From an uncultured Acidobacteriota bacterium (lineage in GTDB: Bacteria; Acidobacteriota; Terriglobia; Terriglobales; Acidobacteriaceae), in the NCBI GenBank assembly GCA_963812095.1, contig CAWETV010000001.1, positions 354,690-418,689 on the forward strand: a stretch of DNA of 64,000 nt. Direction: 5' to 3'. Made by a program: the position numbers and the translations under genes. The notes beneath the pieces were generated by a model, which did not search any database, was not told the DNA's origin, and was given only the letters and a program-made list of their open reading frames with translations. Positions 20,934 through 30,890 of this stretch are shown here, piece by piece (positions within the stretch are counted from its first letter, which is position 1; each line of letters begins with the position of its first letter).

Positions 20934-21617
20934 CTACTTCGATTCCGCCGGGCCCTGGAAGGTCCCCATGAGAGAGCCCTTGGCCAGCACGTGGCCTTGC
21001 ATCGCCTCCCACAGAGACTCGCGCGAGGCTTTGGCGTCGAGAGCCAAAATCGTGTCGAGCGCGAAGATCTGGTAGGCGTATTTGAAGGCAGCCTCCGACG
21101 GCGCGTGAGGACCGACGTAGCGGGCCTTGCCGTCTTTGCTGTCGCGGGGCACGCAGCAGGCCGCGACCGTCCCATCGGGCATCGTGGCTCCCTCAGCCAG
21201 CGAGGTGATTCCGGCCGGCAGGTTGAAGACCATCCAGTGGAGGTTGCCTTTGCGGTCCATCCCGAAGGTGGCATCCTCCAGGATCAGCGCGTAGGATTTC
21301 GTCCCCGCGGGGCCCGCGCTCCAGTTCAGAGCCGGGGAAACCGATTCGGCGTACGAGGTGTAGCGCAGTGGAATCGTGCCATTCGCCTTGAAGGCGGTTG
21401 AAGTCATTTCCATAGGCGCGTCGGATTTGGCCTGAACGCGATCGATGGAGAGGATCGGCGGCGGACCAGCGAGGATGGTTTTGAGATCAGGCGGGCCTCC
21501 GCCCTGCTGCTGGCCGCTCTGGGCCAAAGCAGGATGCGCGGATACGGCAGCGAAGAAAAGCACGGAAATCGCCAGAGTTGACCACGTACAGCGGGCAATT
21601 AAGCCAGTGTTCGTCAT
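20934..21617 (-). CDS. YbhB/YbcL (PEBP/Raf-kinase-inhibitor-like) family protein with signal peptide
   Basis: Signal-like MTNTGLIARCTWSTLAISVLFFAAVSAHPALAQ, then FKANGTIPLRYT...SPALNWS..P.GTKSYALILEDA...HW.VFNLP...YVGPHAP...H.Y.F.IFALD, which is typical of bacterial PEBP proteins. Confidence 0.75.
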   Translation of the reverse strand: MTNTGLIARCTWSTLAISVLFFAAVSAHPALAQSGQQQGGGPPDLKTILAGPPPILSIDRVQAKSDAPMEMTSTAFKANGTIPLRYTSYAESVSPALNWSAGPAGTKSYALILEDATFGMDRKGNLHWMVFNLPAGITSLAEGATMPDGTVAACCVPRDSKDGKARYVGPHAPSEAAFKYAYQIFALDTILALDAKASRESLWEAMQGHVLAKGSLMGTFQGPAESK

Positions 21618-21740
21618 TCGAACTCCTCCCCAAAAAATGTTGTTTCTGAAAACGGCCCCACTGTAACACACGCGCAGCAGAAGATCAGCCGATCCCGAAC
21701 GGACGGAATCGGCCTCCCTACTTTTTCAATCCGGATTCCT

Positions 21741-22289
21741 CTACGGTTCCAGGATGAGCACGGCGGCGGCAATGGCGGTGGTCCACAGCCCGCGTTTGTC
21801 GCCCACTGCTGACTGCGTGATGTTGCTGGTCCGGACGATCTTGTTCGAGATGCGGTAGATTTCTTTCTTCTCGTCCCAGCTCTTGTCCGGATCGAAATCG
21901 ACGTCGAGCGTCGTGGCCAGCATCTCGGCGGCCAGTTCCTCGGCGTACTCGCCGGCCTGGTCGTCGGTCTCGCCGAAGCTGTGGTGCTCGCTCAGGTACC
22001 CGTAGGTGTTGCGGTCGGCGGGAATGGCGACGCCGATGCTCGAAGCGATCAGCCGGTGAGGCTCGCGGGTTGAATTCTCTGCAATCACGGCAAAAACAAC
22101 CTCGCCGTCGTCCAGATATGTCAGTCCCTCCTTGCGCGGCACGATCTTGCAATGGGGTGGAAAAATCGATGAAACGCGCACCAGATTCTGCGACGCAATG
22201 CCCGCATCCCGAAGCGCCAGCTCAAAGGAGGTTAACCGCTCTTTGTGCTTACCGACGCCCTTGGTGAGGAACAGCTTCTTCGGGACCAT
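21741..22289 (-). CDS. pdaD: Pyruvoyl-dependent arginine decarboxylase
   Basis: [45 protein letters not shown] matches the PdaD family, including the V-S-S self-cleavage region. An alternative TTG start lies at 22301. Confidence 0.8.
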   Translation of the reverse strand: MVPKKLFLTKGVGKHKERLTSFELALRDAGIASQNLVRVSSIFPPHCKIVPRKEGLTYLDDGEVVFAVIAENSTREPHRLIASSIGVAIPADRNTYGYLSEHHSFGETDDQAGEYAEELAAEMLATTLDVDFDPDKSWDEKKEIYRISNKIVRTSNITQSAVGDKRGLWTTAIAAAVLILEP

Positions 22290-22469
22290 GCTTTTTCCCA
22301 ATTTCTATGTAGCCCTCCGTGGCTGATGGAAATCTTTTTTCGGGGTGTACCCGCAAGAGAATATCGCATCCAGGCCCGGCGGGAAAGGATTTACGGGGAA
22401 ATTTTTCGCGATTCTCATGAAAGCCCCCGCGCGAGTCTGCGGCGGCCGCTCCGCAGGCCCCCAGACCAC

Positions 22470-22528
22470 GAAGGGGTGCCCCATCCTGAACGCGTTGTCT
22501 GCGTTTAGAGTGGGAGGGCAGGAAACCT
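22470..22528 (+). repeat. REP-like hairpin element (GGGTGCCCCA-box family)
   Basis: GGGGTGCCCCATCCTGAACGCGTTGTCTGCGTTTAGAGTGGGAGGGCAGGAAACC. The box, inner hairpin (AACGC/GCGTT) and GGGA..GAAACC tail recur at 43180-43359, 45108-45150(-), 47164-47196(-), 47408-47450(-), 48862-48923(-), 54429-54457, 56961-57003 and 61228-61284. Confidence 0.7.
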
Positions 22529-22589
22529 GAAAGCATCGCCGCAGCCGCACCGTCGGTAACTTTTTGCCGTGCGCCGCGTTTAACTCAAC

Positions 22590-23204
22590 ATGAGGGGCCT
22601 ATCGATTTTCGCAGCCATCCTGGGGAGCGCCATCTTGTCTGCCCCGGCAGCGCCGGCGCAGACAAACGCTGAAACGCCAAATGGAGCCGCCGTCGAGCCG
22701 CACGCCGCTCCCGTCACGGTCGACCTGGAGTGGACGCCGCCGGCGCTGGCCGAACTGGGCAGGCAGGCGCAGGTCAAGTCGGACTTCACGCTCGACCGCG
22801 CCATGCTCGCCGCGGCCGTGGCCCTGGTGCCCGACGCCGACGACGAGTTGAAGCAGGCGGCCGCGAAACTCGACGGTGTCAGCGTTCACGTGCTGCATTT
22901 CACCGCCCCCGGTGCCCCCGATCCCGAGCAGATTGACGCGCTTCGCGCCGCTTACCACCTGCACGGCTGGAAGCACCTGGTCAGCACGACGGCCCAAACC
23001 GCACACGGAGAGGTCACCGATATCTGGCTGGCGATGGACGGCAGCAACGTCCGCGGCGGCGTAGTGCTGGTCCAGTCTCCCAGGAGCCTGACCCTGGTCA
23101 CGGCGGCCGGCAACCTGAGCCCGCTGGACCTCCTTCGCCTGCGCGGCCATTTCGGCATTCCGCGATTTGAGAGCGACCATTTCAGCGACGCGCACGGGCA
23201 GTAG
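22590..23204 (+). CDS. Secreted hypothetical protein (possibly DUF4252-like)
   Basis: Signal peptide MRGLSIFAAILGSAILSAPAAPAQ. The C-terminal half (LDGVSVHVLHF...GEVTDIWLAMDGSNVRGGVVLVQSPRSLTLVTAAGNLSPLDLL) resembles DUF4252 topology. This is from memory, not from a search. Confidence 0.55.
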   Translation: MRGLSIFAAILGSAILSAPAAPAQTNAETPNGAAVEPHAAPVTVDLEWTPPALAELGRQAQVKSDFTLDRAMLAAAVALVPDADDELKQAAAKLDGVSVHVLHFTAPGAPDPEQIDALRAAYHLHGWKHLVSTTAQTAHGEVTDIWLAMDGSNVRGGVVLVQSPRSLTLVTAAGNLSPLDLLRLRGHFGIPRFESDHFSDAHGQ

Positions 23205-23247
23205 CGGCAGCGGCGGCTCCAGCAAGAGCGAGATTCAGACGAACAGT

Positions 23248-23678
23248 TCAGGATTCGAGCGGATTGACCCAGCGCAGGCCCGGGAAGCGAGCGAAGTCGC
23301 GGTCGGTGGTGTACAAGACTCCGCCGTGCTCAAGGGTCAGCGCCGCCAACTGGGCGTCAGTGGTCATTGAGCCCTTTGCCTGCCCATCGAGAAGCATTCT
23401 GCGCAGCAAGCCCCAGTGACCTTCTCCGGGCGCCAGTACACGAACGTTAGGCAGGCTCAGCCACTGCCCGACCAGAGCGAGTGCGTGCTCCATCGGCACC
23501 TGATTGCCGGAGATGCGCGCGTCTGTGGAGATGCGCAGGAAGCCATGAATCGTCTGCCAGGGAAGTCCAATCAGCTCTTGCCCGAGATCGCCGATTGCCA
23601 CCACAGCCGCGCCTGCTTGTGGAAGGTGGACCTGCCGTCATATGCGTACAGAAGCAGATTGACATCGAGAACGATCAT
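23248..23678 (-). CDS. vapC: PIN-domain toxin VapC, frame interrupted by a 1-nt indel near 23580
   Basis: MIVLDVNLLLYAYDGRSTFHKQARLWWQSAISG reads in one frame, then QELIGLPWQTIHGFLRISTD...DAQLAALTLEHGGVLYTTDRDFARFPGLRWVNPL in another. The PIN acidic residues are in context. The ATG overlaps the vapB TGA (ATGA at 23675-23678). Confidence 0.8.
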
Positions 23679-23920
23679 CTGTGGAGCGGCCCTTCCAACT
23701 CCTCTATGAGCGCCTCGATGTTGTCGTAGTTCTGTCCTGGACGCAATCCCATGAAAAGAGGCTTCACCTCAAACGGTGCTCGTTCGGCATTCTTGTCTCT
23801 GGCCGTCAATCCACGTCGCAGCAGCCGATTGATTGTCCCCTTGAAGGTGCCGCCTTTGCGGCGGACCTCTTCTTTCACGAGTGCAGCAACGTCATCGTCG
23901 AGGGTGAGAGTGGTTCGCAC
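23675..23920 (-). CDS. vapB: VapB-type antitoxin
   Basis: An 81-aa product, MRTTLTLDDDVAALVKEEVRRKGGTFKGTINRLLRRGL, lies immediately upstream of and overlapping vapC. GTG start. Confidence 0.75.
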   Translation of the reverse strand: MRTTLTLDDDVAALVKEEVRRKGGTFKGTINRLLRRGLTARDKNAERAPFEVKPLFMGLRPGQNYDNIEALIEELEGPLHR

Positions 23921-23952
23921 ATCATGATGCTCACATGAAAGGCATCATGATG
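23920..23952. promoter_or_regulatory. Putative VapB operator: two copies of the 10-bp palindrome CATCATGATG
   Basis: CATCATGATG occurs at 23920-23929 and 23943-23952, 23 bp centre to centre. The copies lie at and just upstream of the vapB start codon. Confidence 0.5.
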
Positions 23953-24043
23953 TCAAGCATGCGCCGGCGGCCAATCAGCCTCTGCAATTTCGCCCTTCGC
24001 ACCGCCGTTGCCGCCTGCGATTTGCAAATGTTAGCCTCGTACT

Positions 24044-25444
24044 ATGCAAGCCACTTATAACGGGCTGGAACTGCCCAAAGATGGCCGTCCGATCGGGTAC
24101 CGGAACGGACAGTTCGAGGTTCCCGATCATCCCATCATTCCCTACATCGAAGGCGACGGCACGGGCCGCGACATCTGGAAAGCCTCCAAACGGGTCTTTA
24201 ATGCGGCCGTAGAGAAAGCCTACGGGGGCAAGAGGGCCATCCGCTGGTTCGAGATCTTCGCGGGCGAAAAGGCATTCCGCCGCTTCAATTCCTGGCTCCC
24301 TGACGACACGGTGGCGGCCGCCCGCGACCTGCGCGTCTCCATTAAAGGCCCGCTCACAACGCCTGTCGGCGGCGGCATCCGTTCGCTCAACGTGGCTCTG
24401 CGCCAGCTTTTGGACCTTTACGCCTGTGTGCGCCCGGTGAAGTACTACCGGGGCGTTCCCAGCCCGGTAAAGCACCCCGAGCAGCTTGACATCGTGATCT
24501 TTCGCGAGAACACCGAAGACGTCTACGCGGGCGTGGAGTTCAAGGAAGGCTCTGAGGACGCGGCAAGGCTGATCTCGTTTATCAACGACGATCTTTTGTC
24601 CAGGACCAACAAGAAAATCCGCAGCGACTCGGGCGTGGGCATCAAGCCGATCTCGCTTTTCGGAACCAAGCGCTTGGTGCGCTATGCCATCCACCAGGCC
24701 CTGGAGATGGGCCGCAAGACCGTCACGCTGGTCCATAAGGGCAACATCCAGAAGTTCACTGAGGGAGCCTTCCGCGAGTGGGGCTATGAGGTGGCCACCC
24801 GGGAGTTCCGCGCCGAAACAGTGACCGAGCGCGAGAGCTGGATTCTGGGCAACCTCGAGGCCAATCCGGGCCTGTCCATCGAGGAAAACGCCGCCCTGAT
24901 CGAGCCGGGAATGGAGTTTGCCTCCGAAAACTTCCGGCAGGCGGTCTGTGCCGAGGTGAAATCGGTCCTCGACGAAATCGGCAAGACGCACGGCAACGGC
25001 GCCTGGAAGTCGAAGGTGCTGGTCAACGACCGCATCGCCGACTCGATTTTCCAGCAGATCGTCATCCGCCCGGCCGACTACAGCGTCCTGGCCACCTCTA
25101 ACCTGAACGGCGATTACATCTCCGACGCCGCCGTGGCGCAGGTCGGGGGCCTCGGCATCGCTCCGGGCGCCAACATCGGCGACGGTTACGCCGTCTTCGA
25201 GGCCACCCACGGAACCGCCCCCAAATACGCCGACAAGGACATGATCAATCCCGGCTCGGTGATCCTGTCGGGCGTGATGATGCTCGAGTTCCTGGGCTGG
25301 AAGGAAGCGGCCTCCATGATCGAGACCGCGCTGGAGAAGACGATTCTCTCGAAGTTCGTCACTTACGACTTCGAGCGCCAGACCGCCGGCGCCACGAAGG
25401 TTGGGACAAGCGAGTTTGCAACACGGATGATCGGCAATATGTAG
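24044..25444 (+). CDS. icd: NADP-dependent isocitrate dehydrogenase
   Basis: [15 protein letters not shown]......[19 protein letters not shown]...[10 protein letters not shown]....[12 protein letters not shown] are hallmark motifs of the prokaryotic homodimeric IDH. Confidence 0.95.
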   Translation: MQATYNGLELPKDGRPIGYRNGQFEVPDHPIIPYIEGDGTGRDIWKASKRVFNAAVEKAYGGKRAIRWFEIFAGEKAFRRFNSWLPDDTVAAARDLRVSIKGPLTTPVGGGIRSLNVALRQLLDLYACVRPVKYYRGVPSPVKHPEQLDIVIFRENTEDVYAGVEFKEGSEDAARLISFINDDLLSRTNKKIRSDSGVGIKPISLFGTKRLVRYAIHQALEMGRKTVTLVHKGNIQKFTEGAFREWGYEVATREFRAETVTERESWILGNLEANPGLSIEENAALIEPGMEFASENFRQAVCAEVKSVLDEIGKTHGNGAWKSKVLVNDRIADSIFQQIVIRPADYSVLATSNLNGDYISDAAVAQVGGLGIAPGANIGDGYAVFEATHGTAPKYADKDMINPGSVILSGVMMLEFLGWKEAASMIETALEKTILSKFVTYDFERQTAGATKVGTSEFATRMIGNM

Positions 25445-25454
25445 AAGCAGTGCT

Positions 25455-25503
25455 CAGTCAACAGTTGTCAGCGGTCAGTCAACAGTTGCGAGTGGTCAGT
25501 TTT
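25455..25503. repeat. Tandem heptamer array (CAGNNNN)x7
   Basis: cagtcaa cagttgt cagcggt cagtcaa cagttgc gagtggt cagtttt, directly after the icd stop. Small GGGCTT(T/C)AGCCC-type hairpins follow (25505-25660). Confidence 0.8.
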
Positions 25504-25655
25504 GAAGGGTACGGGCTTCAGCCCGTACATTGGTTGAGTAAAATCATCGTGGGTCACGGGCCGCGGATAGAGTCAATCAAAGAGGCTTTGTAACAAGGGC
25601 ACGGCTTTAGCCGGGCCGTAAGCGTCGCCGAACAAGAGCGGGCTTTAGCCCCTGA

Positions 25656-26666
<1,011 letters not shown>

Positions 26667-26670
26667 GACT

Positions 26671-26712
26671 TAGCTTCTAGCTCCTAGCTTCTAGCTGCTA
26701 GCTCCTGGCTCT
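26671..26712. repeat. Tandem heptamer array (TAGCTNC)x6
   Basis: tagcttc tagctcc tagcttc tagctgc tagctcc tggctct, starting 5 nt after the mdh stop. It is the inverted partner of the array at 26892-26936. Confidence 0.85.
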
Positions 26713-26891
26713 TGTTTCGCAACTGCCGGCCAGTTGGTTGCTGCGAGAGAAAGCTGGAAACTAATGGCCAGTGCCGTGACGGCATGATTCGGTAATGACC
26801 AGGATGTAGCGCCGGTCTCCAGACCGGCTGTCGTGCGGGCGTCCACGCCTGCACTTGCCCGGAGCAATTACCAAATTACGCGGTCACGGTA

Positions 26892-26936
26892 CTAGAGGCT
26901 AGAAGCTAGTAGCTAGAGGCTAGAAGCTGAAAGCTG
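26892..26936. repeat. Tandem heptamer array (CTAGNAG)x6
   Basis: ctagagg ctagaag ctagtag ctagagg ctagaag ctgaaag. Its reverse complement is (CTNCTAG)n, which matches the 26671-26712 array. It ends 10 nt before the phoU stop. Confidence 0.85.
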
Positions 26937-26945
26937 TCCTCTCCG

Positions 26946-27665
26946 TCAAACCGCCATGCTCAACTGATGGCGCAGGTCGGCGCCGCGAATCCAGAAGACG
27001 ACGTCGGTAGCGATATTTGACGCATGGTCGGCGATGTGTTCCAAAGTTTTGGCCACCAGGATGCCGTTCATCGCCTGCCGGGTGTACTGCGGCTTCTCCT
27101 GGATGAGCTTGAGCAGGCGATCGAAAGCGGCCGCATACATGCGGTCGATCTCGTGGTCCATACCCCGAACGGACTCGGCCAGCGCCGCGTCGCCCTCCAG
27201 CAGAGCCTGCACCGCCGACCGCGCCCTGTGCAGGGCAAATTCGCTCATGGCGGCAAAATCCACCGGCAGCTCGACCGGTTCCAGGCCGAGGGCTTCCTTG
27301 GTGCGCTTGGCGAGGGCCATGGCCTGATCGCCCGTCCGCTCCAGATCGCCGCCGATCTTGATAACGGCCACGATAAAGCGCAGATCGACGGCCATGGGTT
27401 GCTCCTTGGCCATCAACTCATACGCCATCCCGTCTAACTCGTTCTGCGCCCTGTCGATCGCTCTCTCGCTTTGCTTGACGAACTTGCACAATGCCCTGTC
27501 GCGGCACAGATAGGCCTCGACCGCGTTCTCGGCCGCCTGCTGCGTCAGTGCGGCCATGCCCAGCAGCTTGTCTTTGAGCTCGTCCAGTTGCTGGTGAAAG
27601 TGAATGCGCGGCACGAGAGCCTCCTTCCGGCATTCTTGCATCAATTCCTGCTCCCGGGAACTCAT
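26946..27665 (-). CDS. phoU: PhoU-family phosphate transport regulator
   Basis: Two PhoU repeats (..D..E..ID........I....P...DLR.I...IKI..DLERTGD.A..IA and the second ..E..ID.......L........LV.K.LE.I.DHA.NIA). ATG 27665 is preceded by AGGAAA. Confidence 0.85.
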   Translation of the reverse strand: MSSREQELMQECRKEALVPRIHFHQQLDELKDKLLGMAALTQQAAENAVEAYLCRDRALCKFVKQSERAIDRAQNELDGMAYELMAKEQPMAVDLRFIVAVIKIGGDLERTGDQAMALAKRTKEALGLEPVELPVDFAAMSEFALHRARSAVQALLEGDAALAESVRGMDHEIDRMYAAAFDRLLKLIQEKPQYTRQAMNGILVAKTLEHIADHASNIATDVVFWIRGADLRHQLSMAV

Positions 27666-27903
27666 TTTCCTGCCCCGCATCAGGAAAGTTATGGGGCCGG
27701 GATTTTCCCCGGCCCTGGCCGTAAGCGCGCGGCCGCGCATGCCCGGTCACTTTGATTGGACGCGCGGCCCAGTCTTTTGTTGCACCGGAGACAGAGTCGC
27801 CCGCCACTTCCCTCTTCGGCAGTCCGGAGCCGGGACTTCAGCAAAATTTCAGAGTGCCGCGCCGGGCCTGTCAAAACTACCTGAAATGGCCGTAGCGCGG
27901 GCC

Positions 27904-29385
27904 TTAGTAGAACCGGTTGATCCAGCTCTGCAGCAGCGCCGGGAAACAGCCCAGCACGACGACGGCCATAGCCATGGCGCCAACGGTCACCAGCAGTATC
28001 GGGTGAGCGCGGATCGGCTCGTCATCCACGGGGGGCATCACCCAGGCCCGCTTCAGAACCTGCAGGTAGTAATAGAGCGAGACGGCGCTGAAGGCAATGG
28101 CCAGCGCAACCAGCGAGAACGGAACCGCGCCCGCGTCCGCCCTCAGTACCGTGGCAAAAAGGTTGAACTTGGCCCAGAAGCCAACCAGCGGCGGAATTCC
28201 CGCGAGCGAAAGAAAAAAAACCAGCAGCGAAGCGGCCAGAACTGGGCTGCGCTTGTACAGGCCGAGAAATGCCTCGAGGTTGTCCGATCCGGCAGCGTAC
28301 TCGACCTTGCCGATCACCACGAACGCGCCGATCACGGTCAGGCCATAAGTGAGGATGTAGTAAAGGACGGCTTGGCCACTACTGACTCCCGAGAAAAATG
28401 CCAGGCCAAGCAGGATGTAGCCGGCGTGGGCAATTGCGGAATAGGCGACGAGGCGGCGAACGCTGATCTGAGCCAGCGCGGCCAGATTGCCCAAAATCAT
28501 GGAGGCAACGGCGAGGAAGATAAGGATGAGCGTCCACGATGTCTGCAGAACCGCATCGGCGACTCGGGGCAGGAGCGCCGTGCTGATGGAAATGAGCAGG
28601 GCGAAGCTCGCCACCTTCGAAACCGACGCGATGAACGCCGCTACCGGAGCCGGCGCGCCTTCGTAGGCGTCGGGCGCCCAAAAATGGAACGGTGCTGCCG
28701 CCACTTTGAAGCCCAGACCCGCGGCAACCATGACCAGTGCGACGTCGAGCAGAGCGGAGCCGCCCCGTGCCTCGACTGTCTGCAGCCCCATAACCACACC
28801 GTGCAGGCTGGTCGTGCCGGTCAAGCCGTAGAGATAGCTGAACCCGAACAGCAGAAATGCCGTCGACATGCCGCCGAACAGGTAGTACTTCAGCGCCGCT
28901 TCGGCGCTCGATCCTGACCTCTTGGCGAAGGCGGTAAGAACATAAAGGCTCAGCGAGAGCAGTTCGAGCCCGACAAAGATCACCAGCAGATCCTGCGCGG
29001 CGCTGATCAGCAGACCGCCCGCTGCCGCCATCAGCACGAGCGTGACGTATTCGCCCGGATTACGCGTGAACTTCGAGCCGACGAGAGGCAGCAGCGTAAG
29101 CACGGTGAGCACCAGCAAACCGCACTGCGCCACGCCCGCCGAACCACCGGCGGCGAGCAGCGTTTCCCCTGGCAGAGTCGAACTGCCGGCGAACAGGGCA
29201 GGCGCAATCCCCACGGCCCACAGCGCAGCCGCGCATCCCGCGATTCCGATGATGGTCGCCACAAGGTGGCGCGTGCGGCTTGCGGCCTTGCGCAGAAAGC
29301 CGAGATCAACGGTCAGCACGGCCACAGCGGCCACTTCGAGAATCGTTTCGGGCAGTGTCGCGCGGAAGAGATCGAAGTAGTTCAT
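27904..29385 (-). CDS. nuoN: NADH-quinone oxidoreductase subunit N
   Basis: LELLSLSLYVL...AALKYYLFGG...GFKVAAAPFHFWAPDAYEGAP. The ATG overlaps the upstream stop (ATGA). Confidence 0.9.
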   Translation of the reverse strand: MNYFDLFRATLPETILEVAAVAVLTVDLGFLRKAASRTRHLVATIIGIAGCAAALWAVGIAPALFAGSSTLPGETLLAAGGSAGVAQCGLLVLTVLTLLPLVGSKFTRNPGEYVTLVLMAAAGGLLISAAQDLLVIFVGLELLSLSLYVLTAFAKRSGSSAEAALKYYLFGGMSTAFLLFGFSYLYGLTGTTSLHGVVMGLQTVEARGGSALLDVALVMVAAGLGFKVAAAPFHFWAPDAYEGAPAPVAAFIASVSKVASFALLISISTALLPRVADAVLQTSWTLILIFLAVASMILGNLAALAQISVRRLVAYSAIAHAGYILLGLAFFSGVSSGQAVLYYILTYGLTVIGAFVVIGKVEYAAGSDNLEAFLGLYKRSPVLAASLLVFFLSLAGIPPLVGFWAKFNLFATVLRADAGAVPFSLVALAIAFSAVSLYYYLQVLKRAWVMPPVDDEPIRAHPILLVTVGAMAMAVVVLGCFPALLQSWINRFY

Positions 29386-30890
29386 TGCAACCCTCCCGCC
29401 AGCATGGCCCGGACGGCCGGTTCGATCTGATCCAGCAGAATGCGCGGATAGAGCCCGACGGCAACGCTTGAGAGTCCCAGCAGCGCCACGCCGGCCACTT
29501 CGGGCCAGGTAATCGGGTCCAGCTTGTGCGCGTGCTCTGCTTCAAGCTCATGCGCCGTCGGCAACGCATCCGTGAAAAAGGCCTTCTGCAGCGCCCGCCA
29601 GATGTAGGCCACGGCGATGACCAGACCGACCCCGGTCGCGACCGCCCACCAGGGACGCGCCTGCCAGGCTCCAACCACGATCTGCAACTCCGCGACGAAG
29701 CCGGAAAATCCCGGCAGGCCCATCGACGCCGCGCCTGCCACCACGAACGCCCAGGCAGCGAAGGGCAGCCGCCGGGCCAGGTGCATCTTCTCGAGATCGG
29801 CGAACTGGCGCGTGTGCGTCCGGTCGTAGACGATGCGGCCCACAATGGCGAACAGCAACCCGGCGAGCACGCCGTGCGAGAACATCTGCAGCACCGCGCC
29901 GTCGAGGCCGATCTGGTTCAGCGTCATCAGTCCCAGCAGCACCAGGCCCATGTGGCTGACCGACGAGTATCCGATGACGAACTTGAAGTCGGTCTGAACC
30001 AGCGCCACGAGCGTCGCATAGACGATGCCCACGATGGCCAGCAGGGCGAAGACGTCCCGCCACGAACCAAGGCCGAGCAGCGAAAATCCCCATGGGTCGA
30101 GGCCGTGCGGAAAAACTCCCATGGCCACGCGCAGGCAGCCGTAGGCGCCCAGCTTCATCACCACGCCGGCCAGCAGCATCGAGGCAGCAGTGGGCGCGGC
30201 CACATGGCCCGTAGGCGCCCAGGTGTGGAAGGGCCACATGCCCGCCAGAATCCCAAAGCCCACAAAGACCAGCGGAAAGCACCACATCTGGAAGCTCACG
30301 GGCAGTCCTGCATGGGCCAGATCGACAAGTCCTGTTGAGTGCGCGCCTGAAAGGGTGTACGCGGCGAGCAGTCCGATCAGAACCATCGCCGAGCCCACGA
30401 AGGAGTAAAGCGCCAGCTTCATGGCGGCGTATTCGCGGCGCGTCGATCCCCAGATGGAGATCAGAAAATACTTGGGAACGATGGCGATCTCGTAGAAGAC
30501 GAAAAGCAGAAAGAAATCAAAACTCAAAAAGACGCCGTAAACGCCGCCGATCAGGGCCAGGTAGAAGGCGAAGAACTGATTGGTGCGCACTTCGATGTTC
30601 CAGCTGAACAGAACACCGGCCACTGCGGCAATGCCTGTGAGCAGCACTAGCACACGGCTGATGCCGTCAGCCGCAAGCAGGTAGCGAATGCCCATCGAGG
30701 GGATCCACGCGGAATCGGCCACCACCACGCGGCCCTGGCCCATCTGCGCAGCGTATGCGGTGATGGCGATCCCGAGCCCCGCAAGCGCCACAACCAGCGC
30801 CAGCCAGCGCGCCAGGGCAGGCTTTTCCCTGGGCAGCAGCGCACAGATGAGCGCGCCGGCAAACGAGATGTAAATCGCGAACGCCAACAT
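29382..30890 (-). CDS. nuoM: NADH-quinone oxidoreductase subunit M (copy 2)
   Basis: FYEIAIVPKYFLISIWGS.RREYAAMK...MWPFHTWAPTGHVAAPTAASMLLAGVVMKLGAYG. ATG 30890 overlaps the TGA of the upstream nuoM by 1 nt. The track start 30893 is a TTG. Confidence 0.85.
   Translation of the reverse strand: MLAFAIYISFAGALICALLPREKPALARWLALVVALAGLGIAITAYAAQMGQGRVVVADSAWIPSMGIRYLLAADGISRVLVLLTGIAAVAGVLFSWNIEVRTNQFFAFYLALIGGVYGVFLSFDFFLLFVFYEIAIVPKYFLISIWGSTRREYAAMKLALYSFVGSAMVLIGLLAAYTLSGAHSTGLVDLAHAGLPVSFQMWCFPLVFVGFGILAGMWPFHTWAPTGHVAAPTAASMLLAGVVMKLGAYGCLRVAMGVFPHGLDPWGFSLLGLGSWRDVFALLAIVGIVYATLVALVQTDFKFVIGYSSVSHMGLVLLGLMTLNQIGLDGAVLQMFSHGVLAGLLFAIVGRIVYDRTHTRQFADLEKMHLARRLPFAAWAFVVAGAASMGLPGFSGFVAELQIVVGAWQARPWWAVATGVGLVIAVAYIWRALQKAFFTDALPTAHELEAEHAHKLDPITWPEVAGVALLGLSSVAVGLYPRILLDQIEPAVRAMLAGGLQ

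Noticed and set aside
20860-21012. Upstream ORF extensions of aguB (to 21012). The same applies to nuoH (to 36689), gdhA (to 48870), ilvE (to 50083), OFOR alpha (to 52740), OFOR delta (to 53222), pfk (to 62501), higB (to 63435) and the 53434 ORF (to 54018).
   Set aside because: The extensions overlap neighbouring genes or repeats and are compositionally aberrant. Internal ATG or GTG codons coincide with the conserved protein N-termini, with SD-like sequences or with ATGA-type coupling.
22305-22589. The 285-bp pdaD upstream region as a possible riboswitch or leader RNA.
   Set aside because: I could not recognise any known riboswitch consensus. Much of the region is explained by a REP-like element (22470-22528). 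It is left unannotated.
23975-25210. 411-aa minus-strand ORF opposite icd. Similar antisense ORFs lie opposite mdh (25713-26264), gdhA (47152-48144), the OFOR genes (50423-52755), MscS (54533-55591) and the yyaL-like gene (59096-60106).
   Set aside because: The opposite strand encodes textbook enzymes with intact motifs. The antisense translations have no recognisable features.
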